In this document: one piece after another, positions 34,901 to 46,956 of the stretch
How the letters are laid out: every line of letters starts with the position of its first letter
Numbering within the stretch: the stretch's first letter is position 1
DNA from: Narcine bancroftii
Lineage: Eukaryota
Reading direction: 5' to 3'
Length of the DNA: 64,000 nucleotides
Assembly: GCF_036971445.1 (NCBI RefSeq)
Contig: NC_091479.1
Coordinates: 80,228,001-80,292,000 of the forward strand
The notes under the pieces: model-generated
Seen by the model: the letters and a program-made list of their open reading frames with translations, nothing else
Told to the model about the DNA's origin: nothing
The model's database searches: none
Program-made: the position numbers and the translations under genes

Positions 34901-35759
34901 CTCTTGATGCCTACTGACTTGTGTTTTACCATGGCTCATTGATGCCACAGTCATTCAGATGTACCTGCATCACTTCAAACTGGCATTTTAATGGGGAGTA
35001 AAGTGGAATTTGGCATAAAAGATTCCAAACTAATTCAACCATGGATGTATTAGTAACTTCTTCTCACCCTAGAATCACTAGGTATGAAAAATCCTAAATT
35101 TCAATATCTTTTTCCCATCTACAATGCAGTTGTAGAAAGTAAACCAAATGATCAATAGGATGTGATCAACAATGAGCTTCCACGTGGTTCAATTGGGCCT
35201 TTTGATTCTTGTAGAACTTATCAGTGATTTGAAGTTAAATGTAGGGTCCATGATGACACAGTTTGACCACAATGAGAAAGGAAGTTGAAGGGTGTAGCCA
35301 GATTCGGTGCTCATAAAAATCAAGAGAAACATGAGGTAAGCATTTTTATTGGGTACACTACCTGATAGGAGACTGAGATCTGTAGTGGAGCAGAAAGAAC
35401 TTGGTGCGTATGAGAAAAGTAAGAAAATGTTTGAGATACAGTAGGTTTAATAAACAATGGAACAGAATATTGGTGAAGAAAAATCTTACTGGATCTGTTA
35501 AAATCCTAATTAGCCCAATAAAAATAATATGAACTATCGTTGGGTGAAAGAATTAATGCTGGGTTGTAAAATAAATAACTTATTTTACATTCCCAGCTAA
35601 ATGAACTTTGGAAATGTATCCCCACTCTCTCTAAAAAAAAAGCACGTGCAGTTCTTTTTTACGACTCAGCAATGTTTCTCACAGCACCTGCACTTGACAG
35701 GACTTTAAACAACTGATATGCATGGTCGATTAATATTTAAAAACAAACAATTGCCTGGG

Positions 35760-35765
35760 TATAAT
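35760..35765 (+). promoter_or_regulatory. Gene B TATA-like box (TATAAT)
   Basis: GGGTATAATTGCAAGGCACAACT aligns with gene A GGATATAAATGCGAGGCACAACT. Confidence 0.55.
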
Positions 35766-35820
35766 TGCAAGGCACAACTTCCACGCTCTACCACTGGTTT
35801 CAACCCTTTGTTCAGAAACA

Positions 35821-35875
35821 ATGAAAGCACTCCTTCTTTTTCTTGTCATTGCTGGTATCCATGGAAAGACTTCAG
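35821..35875 (+). CDS. Gene B coding exon 1 (signal peptide)
   Basis: MKALLLFLVIAGIHGKTS; donor G|GTACAA; aligns to gene A exon 1. Confidence 0.88.
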
Positions 35876-38800
35876 GTACAACAAATGCTTCTGGAATTTC
35901 ACTAACCCAACACACTTCAGTGTTGAGCACTTCAGAGGGAATAACCATCAGCATCTAGACAATGCCGAGGGTGTAGCATGGCTAACATCAGGTTAACAGA
36001 ACTTTAAATAGAAGGGCGATACTTTTTATCCTATTGTCTTGGCCATTAACCAATTAAGGTGGAATTACAGTTTAATTTGGAATTTTTGACTGGTTTGCAA
36101 GCTGGTTATTCACTGGAATGAACCTCACAGATTGAGTTTTCGCACGAGCGAAGGAAACCTTAATACTGTAGAGAGAAAAAGTAATTGAGTATATTTTTTC
36201 ATAAATTTGAGGAAAATGAAATGAAACCACATGAATTGTCCTTGGTTTGTCAACAAAACAACTGTGATTTAGTCCTCTATGCAGGTAAGGTTTGCAACTG
36301 TGTTTAAGTATTTTTTGGGCTTGAAAATGATGTTTGTGGTGGGGGAGGTGGGGGAACAAGTCATGTGATGCTCTACGGTTAGGATGTGGAAGTTATCCCT
36401 CCTGGGAAAACTGCTAAAAAAAGTTGAGTTATGCTTTAAGTGATTAAAAACTGTTTAAATTATGTTTAAACATCTACACAACACCAGTTCTCCATGAAAA
36501 GAAAAACCTGCTGCTGCCTTATCTGGAGCCCATCATGATGGGAAGACGAGAAAAGTAAAGAGAAGCAGGGAGCTAGCACTCAGGGTGGTCTGAGGGCTCC
36601 TCTTTCGTCGCTGCTCTCCCACAGTGACAGAGAGATGGTGTTGAAGAAGAGGAAACCAGAAGTGATGCACCGCGCATCCATGAACAATGGAGGCCTTCAG
36701 CAGACTCGGGGTCACAGACATTGGGCAGTGAAGAGAATGAAGATCCAGAAGGAGGAGGAGAAGAAGAAGAGGTAAAGAAAATAAAAACAACTTGAACTGT
36801 GACAATTAGACTTAAAACCAAGTCTTAGGACATGTCTAATAATGAACTGTGGGTAAATGCAATGTGAAGTACTTGAGGTTGCTAATAAAATGAAGAAAAA
36901 ATTAACCAAGTTAGAAGGTTCAATGAAAAGAATGCAAGAAGACATGCAGCAAGTAGAGGATTGAATAACTACAGTAGAAGATACGACTACTGCTTTAACT
37001 ATGGAGAATAAGGAATTGAAACAAGAAGTGGATATATTGGAAAATTTAGTAAGAGAAACAATATTAAGATTGTGGGTCACAAAGAAGATGTAGAAAAGCA
37101 AGATATGATTGGGTTTCTCCTGCAATGGCTTCCTGAAATGCTGGGTGCTGAACATTTTGATCAACCAAGAGATTGAAAGAGTACACAGGGCTCTCAGACC
37201 CAAACTGTCTCCAACTCAAAAACCACAATCTATATGAATTAAATTTCTCTGGTACCAAGATAAAGAGAAGATTCTGTCTTTGGTAGCAGCAAAGGTGAGA
37301 TCGACTGGAAGACCCACTTGAGTATGAAGGTATTAAAGTAGTATTTAACCATGATATGTGCAGATTTATTAAAAAGAAGAGAATTCACTCCAGTTAAGAA
37401 GATTTTATGGGAGAAAGGATATGTTTGTTCTGGATCATCCAGCGACTTTGAAGATCTTCATAATGGGTGAAGGAAACAAGTTCTTTTTGAGCTATGCGAA
37501 GGCTGAGCAGTTTGTACAAAATCTTCCAATTTTTCAGAGGGAGTGAAGAGTGAAGATTTGTGAATGCTCTAACTTTGATGGACTAAACCAGTGGTTCTCA
37601 ACCTTTTTCTTTCAACTCATGTACCACTTTAAGTAATCCCTATGCCATTGGTGGTCTGTGATTAGTAAGGGATTGCTTAAGGTGGTATGTGAGTGGGAAG
37701 GGAAGGTTGAGAATCACTGCTCTAGACACAATTATTACTGAAATATTTTGCTTGAGAAAAATTGTCATTGGCCAATTTCCTTTGGAGTTATGAAACCGTG
37801 CACATAACGAAGTCAATTAGATATGATTAAAACAGTGGTTTTCAAACCTTTTCTTTCCAACCACATAGCACCTTAAGCAATCCCTTATTAATCATAGTGC
37901 ACCTATGGCATAGGGAATACTAAAGGGTTATGTGAGTGGAAAGAAAAAGGTTGAGAACCACTACCCTACCGATGCACCTCATGCCTCTGGATGCCGCAGA
38001 TCGCCACCCACCACCAGAGAGCACCATCGGTCAACATTCACATCTCACAATGCTTGCAGAGGATGCCGCTGGCTGCATCTCTGCCGTTAGGGAATGACGA
38101 CTCGGACCCCGAGATGGTCCTAGCAGCTACCACCCTGACCAGGGATATCCATCACAGTCAAAATCAATAGGTAGGTAACAAAGTGCCTAATCGACAGTGG
38201 CGGCACAGAGAGCTTTATTCACCCAATCATGGCCACTCCCTAAAACTCAAAATCCACCCCACCACCTTCTCTATCGCCTTCGCCACCTCGGACCGAACTA
38301 TTAATATCCTCGGGCACTGCTCTGCCGATCTGACGTTGGGGTTGGGGGGAGAGACATAAACCGTGTTCAGGCTCCTGATCATGCCCAAACTCTGCGCCCC
38401 AGTCCTCCTGGGTTTAGACTTTCAATGCCACCTGGAGAGTGTCACCCTCACCTTCAGGGGGTTCCTACTCCCACTCACACTTCACAGTGTGCCGTCCAAC
38501 CAACCCCGGCCAACCTGCGGCCTCTCCAATCTGCACATTGCCCCTCCCGTCCTCTTCTCACACCTCACGTCAGACTGCAAGCCAATAGCTGCCAGAAGTA
38601 GGCGCTATTGTGCCGTGGACAGAGATTTCATCAGGGCAGAGGTGCAGCGGCTTCTGGCGGAAGGTGTCATAGAGCCCAGCAACAATGCATGGAGAGCTCA
38701 AGTCTTGGTGATCATGGATTGCACCCAGATGGAAGCCTACCTCTTACCGAGGATAGCCAACATGGTCAATGAGATAGCCCACTACCGGGTCTTCTCCACT

Positions 38801-41800
38801 ATTGACCTGAAGTCGGCCTATCACCAACACCCCATCCACCCACAGGACAAGCCCTACACTGCCTTCGAGGCAGACGGATGCCTCTACCAGTTCCGTTGAG
38901 TTCCATTTGGGGTCACTAACAGGGTCTCTATCTTCCAGAGGGAGATGGATCACATGGTAGACCGACATAAATTAAAGGCAACCTTCCCGTACCTGGATAA
39001 TGTCATCATCTGCGGCCACGACCAGCAGGACCACGATGCCAAGCTGGAGAGATTTCTCCGGATGGGCGAGGAGCTGAACCTCACGTACAATAAAGAGAAG
39101 TGCGTGTTCAGCACCACCCACCTCGCCATCCTTGGGTACATCGTGGAACATGCTGTCTTCGGCCCGGATCCAGAATGGATGCGCCCATTAATGGAGCTAC
39201 CCCTCCCCCACACACTCAAGGCCCTCTGCAGGTGCCTTGGCTTTTTCTCATACTACTCCCAGTGGGTTCCCTGTTTTTTGGAAAGGTCTGCCCACTGGCC
39301 CAGGCCACCACCTTTCCCCTCCCACCTGAGGTGCAGGCAGCCTTCACGCGCAAATGGCAGGATATCACAGACACCACGATTCATGTCGGGACGAGGACTC
39401 CTCCTTCCAGATGGAGAGCGATGCCTCCGATGTAGCCCTCATGCTACCCTTAACCAGAGGGGTGCCCTGTCGCCTACTTCTCCAGGACCCTCCACAGTTC
39501 CGAGGTAGGGCACTCCGCCATTGAAAAGGCGATCGTGGAAGCAGTCAGCCACTGGCGCCACTACCTGGCTAGCAGGAGATTCACCCTCCTCACCAACCAG
39601 CATGCAGTGGCATTCATGTTTAACACCACACAAAAAAGGCAAGATCAAGAATGATAAGATCCTGCGCTGGAGAGTCAAGCTAACAATGTAGATCCAGTAC
39701 CGACCAGGGTTTAACAACTCCCCCGACGCCCTCTCCCGTACCTGCACATTGCTCCACGATGACCAGCTGCAGGCCCTGCTCGAGTCCCTCTGCCACCCAG
39801 GCGTCACTCACTTTTATTACTTCATCAAGTCCCGACACCTCCTGTACACCGTCCAGGACATCAGGGCCATGACTGAGGCGTGCCAGGTCTGCGCGGAATG
39901 CAAGCCCCGTTTCTTCTGCCCAACCCAGGCCCACGTTGTAAAGGCCACCCGGTCCTTTGAACGCCTCAGCATAGACTTCAAGGGTAAACTTGTACTTCTC
40001 ACTTTGTTCGTTTTAAATTGGTCACAGTGTTTGAGCTACCGAAAGAAAACAGTGACACACACTGAGAGCACTTCAGTTTATACAAATCTTTATTACTAAA
40101 TCTAAAGATGATTTCAAACTACAATATGCAAGCCCTTCCCAATTATACTTATCAACGCCTGGACTGGTCCCAACTGCCGAAGCGAGGCAACGACTGCACA
40201 CTTGTAGTAGGTTGTCGGGGCGCCGGTAGCAGCTTCTCCACCTCCCCCGACCGGGACATTGGTTGGACTCTAGAGGTTCTTCTTGCTGAGAGATGTTGCC
40301 ACCCATCAGGGAGCCTGAAACTTCAGCAGTGGGACCATGGCTTATATTACCCAAAAATTGTTTATTCATAGCCCATCATCCTGGGGGAGTCCTCGTCCCG
40401 ACATGAATCGTGGTGTCTGTGATATCCTGCCTGTTGCGCGTGAAGGCTGCCTGCACCTCAGGTGGGAGGGAAAAGGTGGTGGCCTGGGCCAGTGGGCAGA
40501 CCTTTCCAAAAAACGGGGAACCCACTGGGAGTAGTATGAGAAGAAGCCAAGGCACCTGCAGAGGTTTACTTATCTTCAAGGTCTCCTGACAGTCTGAGAC
40601 CAGCAAAAGACAACTGCTTCTCTGGGTCTCATGGTGTAAATTAGATTATGTCAGCTTCATACATTATTCTCAAAGCAAGTTACTGATACTTAAACTTGTA
40701 TAAGCAAAAGCATGGTCTAAATCGTCCATTACACCCCTGCCTTCCACATTCCAGGAATGTCTATTTCCTGGCAGTCATAGACTAGTTCCGTTTTCCCTTC
40801 GCCATTCTGTGCCCAGACACCCCATCAGGGCGCTGACGCAGATCTTCACCATGTTTGGCTGCTCCGCGTTCATTCACAGAGACTGGGGGAATCCAGCTTC
40901 ATGAGCTTCAACTGCAAGGGGCATTCCAACTAGTCACATGACTAGTTACAACCCAAGGGGTAATGGAGAGGTACAGCGCGAAAATGGGGAAATCTGGAAG
41001 GTAGTCCTCCTGGCCCTGAAGTCCAAGGGCTGGTCCATAGAGTATGGCAGGATGCCCTCCCTGAGGTGCTTCATGCCATCAGGTCGCTCCTGTGCACAGC
41101 TACCACGAGACCCCCCACGAACACCTGTTTTAGTTCCCTAGGAAATCAGCGATTTGTATCTCACTCCCAGCATGACTCATGTCCCTGGGACCACAAGACC
41201 AACCCACTGGTCGAGCAGGTGTTCCTCCACGCCAACCACAATTACGCCTACGTTAGGTACCGCAGCGGCAGGGAGGACACTGTCTCAACCAGGGACCTGG
41301 CACCAGTGGGAGCACCCACCACCGCACCACAGCCTCCATCACTTCAGGACCACGCCAACACGATGTGGGATACCCAGGACCAAGTTGGCCTGCTGTGCCT
41401 TCCCCACCCTGGGCACATTCAAACCATGGGGGGCGACCACAGCCCACCCCCACTCATCCAACGCCTCACACATACTCCAACTCTGGCTGCCCTGGCCACC
41501 CCACTGTGCTGTACCATGCCAGCCGCTCCAGCCCCCGCCCCAGCACCCCGACTAGCTCCCTCTTACCCTCGCCGGCCCTTGACCAGGGGATAATCCTGTG
41601 ATGGTCTCAGAGACTCCGACGGCGGCCAGACTATCTAAATTTGTAGATAAGGTACATATGTTTGGAGCTTGTGGAACATTGGAGGTAACCTCCCCCCATC
41701 CCAGACAATTTAAAGAAGGGGATGAATGTGGTGATACACCACTGGCCTACTTCAGAGGGTGAACTGTGTACCTGCAGGAAGATCACCGGAGGACAGACCA

Positions 41801-44800
41801 CACCTGGCCGGCTGTCAATCAGCTGACTTGAATGGACCAAGCTCCATCCAGTCAGCTGCCAATCACCCTTCGGGATATAAGCTAGATCCGGCCCTTCGAG
41901 GCCAGTCTCAGTGCTTGCAACAGCATTCTCACAGCCAGCTCTGTGGAAGTTTATGTTGAATAAAACCTGTAGAACATTCTTTAAGCTTTGTGTGTGTTGC
42001 TTCTATTCGATAGCGCACCACAGACCCTGAACCAGTCTCAATTCATGATCTGCACCAAAAGATTTAAATTTCCTTTCCTTCTCACAGATGCTGCTTAAGT
42101 GTGTTCCTTTTAATAAGACTATCTAGTTGAGTCTGAATCAGATCCTTTGTATTGAGCTTTGACATATTGACTATTTCCTCACCGATAAGCAGTGTCTTGA
42201 AAGACTGTTCGATCTGTACTTTTATCATAATTTATACCTGGCAAATTAGAAATGATTGTACTCTATTTCAGGAAATCACTGGGTGAATGAGTATGATGAA
42301 AAACTGCTTTATACCTGTCCCTCGTTTGAATCTATTGTTTCAATTTCAAGGTGAGTTACAAAAAGCTCTTGCACGGTGATCTAGTGGAAGCTTTAAATTC
42401 TACCATGATTGTATTACTTTTAATGCATGTGAATTTCATTCTTCAGTTACCTCGTGATATTATCTGTGGGGTAATCGTCATATCCTCCTCACCCATTTCT
42501 ACTCAAATAACATCGTTTGGGCTTTGGAATAATGCACATTGTTTCAGTACTCCTTCTGCACATTTCAGATGATGTTTTTTGGAGTAAATAGGGGGGGGGG
42601 AACTTTCTCCATCTGAGTAAATTGATTTAAATGAATAAGTATTTTTGTGTATTTACAGTCCTGCACCTAAGTTCCAAATGACCTAAAAATTGCAGTTCTA
42701 ATAAAATGCCTCATACTTTCTGTTCCAGTCGGCATAACAATTACCACGAGGACCGTCAATGGGATTTCCAATGTCAGAGATCATTCGAAGAGCTGCCAAC
42801 TTGTATGTGGACCAATTATGCAAATGACTTTGATAAAGAGTTCACGTTCACCTGCCCATTTGACTCCGTTATTAGTGGTGTAGAATCTTACCACCATAAC
42901 TATTATGAGGATAGAAGGTACTTTGGAAAATATTGGATTTATTCTCATCAATTTTTGCCTCTGTTATTTTAAAACTATATTTCATTGGTAAATGTGAACA
43001 AAAACTGACAAGGTTAATAAATTCTATTTGATATTAGAGCCATTTTCTAACCTTCACCTCTGCTTGTTGCCTGAATGTTTCTGCCAACAATACGTGGGCT
43101 TGGCGTTCCTTCTTGTTCTCTTACTGTGCACCTCTGTGTGTCTCCCCGCAGAACATTTCTCTTTGAGGGCAATCAGCGCACAACAGTGGTTAGAACATTA
43201 ATGAATCCAAAAGCATACCACATGGTACACACAGTTCTTAAAGGAACACTCACAGTAATCTTTTAACTACTCCAGTGAATACTTCAGTTAATAAACACTG
43301 AAAGTATGAAGAAATCCAACAACTGCAAAAGATCAATAGGCATCCTTGATCTTAACAGAAGAAAGTAAAGGTTCTGATCATCAGCTTCCAATCTCTTTGA
43401 TGAAAGGCATGGACTGAAAATCAGCTAACATGACACCAATGTTTAAAAGGAGAGAAACCCTGGACTAAGTATTGATGAGATAGTTAGGTTAGGACTAGTG
43501 CTGGGCAAGTTGTTGGAAACATTCTGAGGGGTAATAAAACTAATTTTTTTCCGACATTTTCTGAAATATTCAATTTCAGACTGTGGACATTGCCCATCAA
43601 TTGCTTGTGTGTATTGAGGAGGTAACAGGGAGGGTAGATGTAGTCACATGGATTTTAGCAATTGTTTGACACCCATAGTAGACTAATCAGAAATCTGAAA
43701 ATGCACAGGATTACAGAGGAGCTGAGGAAGACTAATCCATTGTTTCAGGGATCTAGGACACAGTATGAAAGAATTGTGAATGTGAATAGGATATAGTACA
43801 TTTTCTTTCTTAAAGCATAACCTCTTGGTATTGAATAAGTGAGACAATTGAGGCCTACTTGATCCCTTGTGAAATGTTGTGCACGTCCGCAGATAACTGA
43901 AAAAACCAAGAACATCTTTTAGCGCATGTGTTTCCTGCAGATTTCTCTTTGCACTTCCTGTATATTGCTGCACCAAGAAACTGTAATAAGAAAGGATCTG
44001 AAAAGTGAAGATGTCCAATGAAACAAAGTTGACCAAAGCATTAAATGCCGATAAACTTGTGTTTTTGCAATAAACCACAGTAACTGAAATGACGAAGGGA
44101 CACAGTTTTCGATCTGAGCACAGGAAAATTAAAGGTTACTGTTTGGGGTGCTGGCTTATGCCTTGTAACTGTCAAAGTGGGAGGGTGCAAGATAATCCAA
44201 TTACTTTAGAGGCCTTGTGTTATGTTCTCGGTTGTACCATCGGAGGTCTTAATAAACTCTCAGAGAAGCTTGTAAGTTGACAGTGCAAACTTTTACTTAC
44301 ATCAGTAGTAGTAAGGCTGCTAGTCATGTATAAATACACTGTCGCACTGAGGATGCTCACCACTCAAGTGCGATGCGGCTCTTACAGTCTTGTGGTGTTC
44401 ATGCTCCAGCATAAAATAGTCCCAAGTTTTCTCTGTATATGATACCTTGTATCTATGTCATTCACGATAAACAATATCATCCACCTTGAGGGTGAGGACA
44501 ATGATTCCTGCTCAAAGTGAAACAGGATGAGATTACCACTGTTAAACTTGCATAGGTTTGGATTCATACATCATCTTAGCCCAGATTTGACCATTCTAAG
44601 CTAAAAAAAAGTGTTTCACTTGGTAAGATGACATAATGAGATAGATATTTTGTAAATCACTTTAATTGATCAGGCTTGGAAATTCTAGAAGTTACAGAAA
44701 TCAGAAGTCAAGCCAATCTATTTATCACAACTGTTCTGTTTACCAAAGATTATAGATTAACCCTCATCTAGGCCATGGACAAAATTCTTTGGTGACATAA

Positions 44801-46863
44801 CAGGATTCCTTCTGGTAAATAGTGTGCATTTTCTCAGTCAAAAGTAGAACAGAGAATGCCGATGGAATAGAAGGAAAACCTCTGTGATTCCCATATATTA
44901 GTGTCTACACACTGCACCTCGTTTCACTAAGAACCCACAAGAGGACAGACAGAACACTTTAATTTCTTGCTTAGTGCTACAGAGACAGAGGTTCAGAGTC
45001 GTGACACCTTGCTCTTGGTACTCATGTCACTTTATTTTCTCCCCCCGCCCCCCCAACACATACTTTACCACATGAATACAATTAAAAATTCTTTTACGTG
45101 GCTGATCTACTTTATCCATATTTTCTTTTCTTGACATGTTTAGAGCTCTTACATGTTCCCATTTGTATATCTAACAGATCGTTGCAGTCATTGTTTTATC
45201 TTTCTCAGATGGAAATTTTACTGCTGCCGCGTTAACAATACTTGCAACAAACTCTGTTCCTGGACAAATTATGTCAATGCTTTTGACCAGTACTTCAGCT
45301 GGCAAGTTCCTGAATCCAGTTACCTTGTGGGTGTTTCCAGCTATCATAATAATTATCACGAGTAAGTAAATTACTGCTTGTTAACATTTTTATTTTGCTT
45401 TTCTTTTTGGGCATATCATGCTGTATTAAAATAGACCAAGATGCATCTGAATTTGGCCAAGTTAGTAGGATCAAAAAGATGTTTGGAGAAACTGAATTGA
45501 GGCACTGATGCACCATCAAATACTTCAATGACTAGAGTTGTAGAGAAACTGATAGGCTTTTATTGAGAACAGACTGGAGGCATGTCCATATTGGTCAACT
45601 ATCCTGGACTGAGGAGGGAGCTGTGGCACAGTTACCTTTATTCAGAGGTCTGTGGGAGAAGCCTTAGGCATAGTCAGCAAGGGGCGTGTCCTAACACAGC
45701 CAAACATACATACAGTGGTTTACCACAGGTACCAATTGAGGCCCTTTATTGTACTCTCTCACTAGAAATAGAAACTTTTGTAGTTAGGAAATCAGGTTTT
45801 TATTATTGTGAAACATGAAAATCTGCAGACGCTGCGATTGTAGTAAAAACTCGGCCGGTCTCACAGTGTCCATAGGAGTTAAAGATATATTACCAACATT
45901 ACAGGCCTAAGCCCTTCCTCAGGGTATGAGCAAAGAGAAGGCAGGCACCTGAATAAAAAAAGTCTGGCAGAGAAGGAAATAAAGGGCAGGGGGAAGAGCG
46001 CAGGCCAACAGACATAAGGCCACAATTGGACAAGGATAGGAGGACAGGAGAGGAAAGGTGAGAATTGATAGGGGGAGGGGTTGGCTATACAAATGAAGAT
46101 CTAGAGGAAAGGAAAGATACGGATAGGGGAAGGAGAGAACCACAAGGGGGTGGGAGGAGGCTAATCAAATCTGGAGAAGTTGATGTTAATGCTATCTGGT
46201 TTCAGGGTGCCCAGACGTAATATGAAGTATTGTCCCTCCAATTTGCGGGTGGACTCAGTCTGTCAGTGCATGAGACCTCAGACAGACATGTGGGCAGTGG
46301 AATGGGGTGCAGAATTGAAATAGGTTGCCACTGGTACATCTCTATTAGTGCAGTGGACAGAGCAAAGGTACTCGACGAAGTAATCTCCCAGGCTGCATCC
46401 AGTTTCTCCAACGTAGAGGAGGCCACAATGGGAGCACTGGATGCAGTAGATGATCCCCCTGTAGACTCACAATTATTGCTTCAATTAGAAGTGGTAAGGG
46501 AGGTGTGGGTGCAAGTGTAGCATATCTTGGTATCATAGAGGTAGGTACTAAGGTACGATTGGTGGGAAGGTCAGACTGGATGAGGGAGTCACAGACAGAA
46601 CAACCACTGTAGAAGGCAGAGAGGGGTGGAGAGGAGACCATGTGTTTGGTCGTGTTATCATGTAATATATGGCAGAAATGGCAGAGGGCAATATGTTGGA
46701 TGTGGAGGCTGGTGGGGTGGTAGGGAGGTTTTTGATATCGTAGTAAGATCAAGTGTCTCCATTTATTTTCAACCAATTAATTATATTTTAATTTGCTGTC
46801 TTTTTCCTTATTCTCAGGGACCGTCGATGGAAGTACCAACATTGTGAACAACAGACATGTTGA
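35821..46863 (+). CDS. Gene B: hemagglutinin/amebocyte aggregation factor-like (dermatopontin family) secreted protein, 173 aa; join(35821..35875,42272..42350,42729..42917,45209..45361,46818..46863)
   Basis: GT-AG sites, phases 1,2,2,2, 522 nt open: MKALLLFLVIAGIHGKTSGNHWVNEYDEKLLYTCPSFESIVSISSRHNNYHEDRQWDFQCQRSFEELPTCMWTNYANDFDKEFTFTCPFDSVISGVESYHHNYYEDRRWKFYCCRVNNTCNKLCSWTNYVNAFDQYFSWQVPESSYLVGVSSYHNNYHEDRRWKYQHCEQQTC*. All 10 Cys are conserved with gene A. Confidence 0.9.
36360..37550 (+). mobile_element. L1/Tx1 5' region and ORF1 remnant in gene B intron 1
   Basis: Coiled-coil-like segment followed by SKRNNIKIVG (~37050) and EIERVHRALRP (~37170), typical of L1 ORF1. Confidence 0.75.
37589..37963. 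mobile_element. hAT (Charlie-like) palindromic MITE with ~131-bp inverted arms
   Basis: CAGTGGTTCTCAACCTTTTTCTTTC ... GAAAGAAAAAGGTTGAGAACCACTA. Arms 37589-37719 and 37833-37963 are reverse complements, and each arm is itself bounded by TIRs. Confidence 0.85.
37964..42022 (+). mobile_element. Decayed Gypsy LTR retrotransposon, same clade as 10585-14181; 5' end missing, 3' LTR at 41727-42022
   Basis: PR (LIDSG), RT (AWRAQVLV, DLKSAYHQ, PYLDNVIICG), RH, IN (LCHPGV..CQVCAEC, SIDFKG); PPT AAAGAAGGGGATGAA; LTR TGTGGTG..CACCACA with AATAAA at 41959. Confidence 0.92.
39986..40733 (-). mobile_element. Solo-LTR-like insertion splitting the integrase DFKG/PLPS motif
   Basis: Gypsy frame stops at TTCAAGGG (39985) and resumes at CCCCTGCCTTCCAC (40734); the insert has TGTA..TACA ends and a minus-strand AATAAA (~40089). 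No clear TSD. Confidence 0.6.
42272..42350 (+). CDS. Gene B exon 2 (equivalent to gene A exon 3)
   Basis: TACTCTATTTCAG acceptor, AG|GTGAGT donor; NHWVNEYDEKLLYTCP. Confidence 0.9.
42729..42917 (+). CDS. Gene B exon 3 (equivalent to gene A exon 4)
   Basis: Within ORF 42706..42972; same splice sites and length as 23793-23981. Confidence 0.92.
45209..45361 (+). CDS. Gene B exon 4 (equivalent to gene A exon 5)
   Basis: Within ORF 45153..45365; TTTCTCAG acceptor, GTAAGT donor. Confidence 0.92.
45506..45727 (-). mobile_element. Solo LTR (222 bp) in the last intron of gene B
   Basis: TG...CA; 5-bp TSD GGCAC/GGTAC; gene A has a single GGTAC at the empty site (26560-26564). Confidence 0.85.
45812..46728 (-). 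mobile_element. Penelope-like element 3' part (GIY-YIG endonuclease remnant)
   Basis: Minus strand IIYCIQCSHCGLLYVGETG near 46455-46400; absent from the equivalent gene A intron. Confidence 0.75.
46818..46863 (+). CDS. Gene B last coding exon (EDRRWKYQHCEQQTC*)
   Basis: TTATTCTCAG acceptor; TGA at 46861-46863. Confidence 0.9.
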
Positions 46864-46950
46864 TAATTTCATTTAAGAGATACATTCACTCAGGATCAGA
46901 TGACCTTCCAACCAATATACAGTGTACTTTGAAAATTTCATAAACTATTA

Positions 46951-46956
46951 AATAAA
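46951..46956 (+). terminator. Gene B polyadenylation signal
   Basis: AATAAA about 90 nt after the stop, in a 3' UTR alignable to that of gene A. Confidence 0.6.

Noticed and set aside
19958-46863. Assigning the gene symbol DPT
   Set aside because: Same family, but the exon number and N-terminus do not match vertebrate dermatopontin; orthology needs a phylogeny.
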